From an uncultured Gemmatimonadales bacterium (GTDB taxonomy: Bacteria > Gemmatimonadota > Gemmatimonadetes > Longimicrobiales > Gaopeijiaceae): a stretch of DNA of 16,816 nt. This document shows positions 16,744 through 16,816 of this stretch, piece after piece; the stretch's first letter is position 1, and every line of letters starts with the position of its first letter. The DNA lies in NCBI GenBank assembly GCA_963823035.1, contig CAWGKG010000001.1, positions 1 through 16,816 on the forward strand, read 5' to 3'. The notes below the pieces were generated by a model, which saw only the letters and a program-made list of their open reading frames with translations, ran no database searches and had not been told where the DNA came from. A program made the translations under genes and the position numbers.

Positions 16744-16783
16744 ACGCGTCGTGCTGAAGGCAGACCTTCGACCATGACACGTA

Positions 16784-16816
16784 CGGGGCGTGGCGCAGTC
16801 CGGTAGCGCACCTGCT
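16784..16816 (+). tRNA. tRNA-Pro 5' half, truncated by the window edge before the anticodon
   Basis: CGGGGCG acceptor strand, TG, D-arm GCGC-AGTCCGGTA-GCGC, A, then anticodon stem CCTGC and T. This matches the typical bacterial tRNA-Pro 5' end; the anticodon itself is not visible. Confidence 0.82.

Noticed and set aside
16600..16770. Short repeats upstream of ybjQ (GCAGAC three times; GTCTCGGG/CCCGAGAC inverted pair) and ORFs 16540..16806 and 16577..16777
   Set aside because: Repeats are short and irregularly spaced, as expected by chance at this GC content; the ORFs overlap ybjQ and/or the tRNA-Pro and show no protein-like motifs.
1..16816. Genomic island bounded by tRNA-Sec and tRNA-Pro
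   Set aside because: No integrase or transposase, no visible duplicated tRNA 3' end (att site), no obvious compositional shift, and core housekeeping content.

Overview
Very GC-rich bacterial chromosomal segment (Gemmatimonadota-like gene content; taxon is only an inference), cut inside two tRNAs: the 3' part of tRNA-Sec (selC) at the left edge and the 5' part of a tRNA-Pro at the right edge. In order it contains: a DUF5683-like membrane protein; lpxH (- strand); then a mostly tightly coupled + strand run of an uncharacterised lipoprotein, lptE, a ten-gene group-3-type Mrp Na+/H+ antiporter cluster (mrpE-F-G-B'-B-C-D-D'-small ORF-D''), an intact HemC-fold protein that has lost its catalytic Asp and cofactor-binding Cys, rfaE2, rph, rdgB and a DUF971 protein. 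These are followed by a membrane-anchored protein with three ~121-aa repeats, a Tat-exported M19 dipeptidase homologue with atypical metal ligands, and a ybjQ plus small membrane protein pair (- strand). Seven apparent single-base insertions interrupt genes in the first 8.5 kb and most likely are sequencing errors. The best leads are the HemC pseudo-enzyme, the Mrp with MrpA features distributed over three genes plus an extra small subunit, and two RBS-sequestering structured leaders. No mobile element or CRISPR array was seen.
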